From UHGV virus genome UHGV-0392682: a DNA stretch of 5,526 bases; one strand, given 5' to 3'. Position numbers and translations under genes: made by a program. Positions within the stretch are counted from its first letter, which is position 1. Every line of letters starts with the position of its first letter. Below the pieces are notes generated by a model. It was given only the letters and a program-made list of their open reading frames with translations, was not told where the DNA came from and made no database searches. Source of the stretch: a virus. Below, piece by piece: positions 3,847 through 5,526 of this stretch.

Positions 3847-5526
3847 ATGAAAAAAACATTAGGAGGAGACAGAATCCGAAGCGAAAGCAAAATGGAAGTA
3901 TATCTGCCTAATTTCGGTAGATCATCACATAACGTAGGAAAAATAATCCGAACATCACAAGCATGCGGCACAATCGTTCCCTATTGGTGCCAGATAGGTA
4001 TGGACGGAACGACATTTTACATCGATATCACGACAAAAGTGAAAACACTGCCGACAACCGGACCTGTATTCGGCAGCTTCAAACATCAAATCGACATATT
4101 CGTGATTCCGATCAGACTCTATGTGGCAGCGCTGCATAACAACGCTTTAGGAGTAGGGTTGAACATGAGTAAAGTGCTATTGCCGCAATTTCAAGTGTAT
4201 ACAGCCAATGCATCAATCTATGAAAACGACACCAACAGAGGACAAGTCAACCCGAGTTCACTACTCTCATACCTGGGAATAAAAGGATTCGGACGATCCG
4301 AGGTAAATCAATACCTCCGAAGATTTCCCGCAATATTCAATCTGGCGTACTGGGACATCTTCAAAAACTACTACGCCAACAAACAAGAAGAAAAGGCATA
4401 TGTAATCACCGGAGTGGACCATATTTGGAAAGAGATCCAAATAGGAGACGGGTACAATTGGGCCATAACATGGAACAATAACTCAGCTTCACCATACGAA
4501 GCCTCTCCAACGAGTGCAAAACCGCAATACATCAGGCTGGAATTCGAGGAAAACGTCTCGCCAGAAATAGTTAATGAAATACAATTCTTAACAAACAATC
4601 CAAACACACCAACAGTAGAGAGAAACGGTATAACAAAACTCGGAGACACTTTCGTATTCGAACGAACAGATCCGAATGCGCCGGGACTAAAAGAACCGGA
4701 AAACCCGAGGAAGGCGACCAATATTTACATGTATAAAATCAAAAAGGCCGTCAAATTTGCATACAAAATAAGTGCTACGTCCGGAAAAAATCCAATAACA
4801 ATGCCGGACAACCAAAAAATCAAACTAACAGCGTTCGCATTAAAAAACATCGACGACATGCGGACTGCAATCTTGGCGGCACCCAGCTCCTCGGCATTTG
4901 TAGTAGAAAATACAAAATTGCCATACATGGCAGCAACAGGGACTTTAGACCTGCCGAATTATGATCGCACAAAAACATACCACAGCTCAAATGCATGGTT
5001 CTCACAAGCAGGATTAGCGGTAAAAACATACCTTAGCGACAGGTTCAACAACTGGCTGAACACCGAATGGATCGACGGAACAACAGGGGGAATCAACGCA
5101 ATCACAGCGGTGGATGTAAGCGACGGAAAACTCACTATGGATGCTCTAATTCTCCAGAAAAAAATATTCAACATGCTAAACCGCGTAGCCATTACGGACG
5201 GTACTTACCAGGCATGGAGAGAAGCGACATACGGAGTCAGAAGCACGACACTACCCGAATCTCCTATATTCTGCGGCGGAATGCAGAGCGAAATCGCATT
5301 CGACGAAATCGTATCGAACTCAGCGACAGATGAGGAGCCATTAGGAACACTTGCCGGCCGAGGAATCGCAACCATGTACAAATCCGGAAGAGGCCTGAAA
5401 ATCAAATGCACAGAACCAAGCATGATCATGGCCTTAGGATCAATTACTCCCCGAATCGATTACAGCCAAGGCAACAAATGGTGGACAAGACTGCAAAATA
5501 TGGATGACTTCCATAAACCAACATTG
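3847..5526 (+). CDS. VP1: Microviridae VP1, the major capsid protein. 3'-partial: 560 codons, open to the end of the window. It was not in the ORF track because it has no stop in the window.
   Basis: Frame 1 from ATG 3847 has no stop through 5526. Translation begins MKKTLGGDRIRSESKMEVYLPNFGRSSHNVGKIIRTSQACGTIVPYWCQIGMDGTTFYIDITTKVKTLPTTGPVFGSFKHQIDIFVIPIRLY. It contains ...NLAYWDIFKNYYANKQEE..., ...ITDGTYQAWREATYGVRSTTLPESPIFCGGMQSEIAFDEIVSNS... and ...SITPRIDYSQGNKWW.... The YWDIFKNYYAN block and the R-S-x-x-N N-terminal motif are characteristic of microviral F/VP1 jelly-roll capsid proteins. An alternative start is the ATG at 3892 (MEVYLPNF...). Confidence 0.9.
   Translation, partial: MKKTLGGDRIRSESKMEVYLPNFGRSSHNVGKIIRTSQACGTIVPYWCQIGMDGTTFYIDITTKVKTLPTTGPVFGSFKHQIDIFVIPIRLYVAALHNNALGVGLNMSKVLLPQFQVYTANASIYENDTNRGQVNPSSLLSYLGIKGFGRSEVNQYLRRFPAIFNLAYWDIFKNYYANKQEEKAYVITGVDHIWKEIQIGDGYNWAITWNNNSASPYEASPTSAKPQYIRLEFEENVSPEIVNEIQFLTNNPNTPTVERNGITKLGDTFVFERTDPNAPGLKEPENPRKATNIYMYKIKKAVKFAYKISATSGKNPITMPDNQKIKLTAFALKNIDDMRTAILAAPSSSAFVVENTKLPYMAATGTLDLPNYDRTKTYHSSNAWFSQAGLAVKTYLSDRFNNWLNTEWIDGTTGGINAITAVDVSDGKLTMDALILQKKIFNMLNRVAITDGTYQAWREATYGVRSTTLPESPIFCGGMQSEIAFDEIVSNSATDEEPLGTLAGRGIATMYKSGRGLKIKCTEPSMIMALGSITPRIDYSQGNKWWTRLQNMDDFHKPTL

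Noticed and set aside
3860-3866. AGGAGGA inside the first codons of VP1 as an RBS for the downstream ATG at 3892.
   Set aside because: It lies 26 nt upstream of ATG 3892, too far. ATG 3847 fits the stop+3 nt packing pattern seen at the other junctions. The motif is most simply codons for Gly-Gly-Asp.
69-5429. All minus-strand ORFs in the track (e.g. 69..416, 452..721, 944..1219, 1101..1586, 1699..1893, 1758..1979, 2086..2361, 3128..3352, 3558..3830, 4371..4721, 4725..5192, 5205..5429).
   Set aside because: They are reverse complements of A-rich coding sequence. This gives T-rich, Phe/Leu/Ser/Cys-dominated low-complexity translations. They lie entirely antisense to strongly supported + strand genes. 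Microviridae encode all genes on the packaged strand. The ORF 1101..1586 is simply the antisense of the Gly-rich repeat (Pro/Ala runs).
1-5526. CRISPR arrays, tRNA or rRNA genes, integrase, transposase or IS elements.
   Set aside because: No direct-repeat/spacer periodicity, no cloverleaf-capable segments in the short non-coding regions, and every long ORF is accounted for by phage structural or replication genes or short hypotheticals.

Overview
The window reads as a nearly complete, circularly permuted genome of a small ssDNA phage of the family Microviridae (gokushovirus-like or Bacteroidetes-associated lineage), not a bacterial chromosomal segment.

All credible genes are on the + strand. 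The + strand is strongly A-rich and T-poor: in sampled 60-nt lines A outnumbers T by roughly 2-3 fold. Genes are packed with 1-4 nt gaps or short overlaps.

Gene order along the window:
- 1..369: 3' end of a CDS, probably the major capsid gene VP1.
- 374..697: 107-aa hypothetical protein.
- 698..852: the only sizeable non-coding region, with a GC-rich hairpin followed by a T-run and AT-rich repeats.
- 853..2061: VP2, the minor capsid / DNA pilot protein, with a Gly/Ala/Thr-rich low-complexity insert.
- 2099..3010: VP4, the rolling-circle replication initiator, with a GTG start, a CGHCEEC cysteine cluster, FATLTF, HLHGIVW and the catalytic YIIKYITK motif.
- 3014..3843: three tightly stacked small ORFs of unknown function.
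- 3847..5526: the 5' 560 codons of VP1, running off the window end.

The middle small ORF (3366..3536, 56 aa) was not reported in the ORF track. It encodes a single-pass Ala/Gly-rich transmembrane peptide and is a candidate single-gene lysis protein.

The VP1 frame at the window end is continuous with the partial ORF at the window start, which suggests the window is the whole ~5.5 kb circle.

No tRNA, rRNA, CRISPR, integrase or transposase is evident. All minus-strand ORFs look like compositional artefacts.
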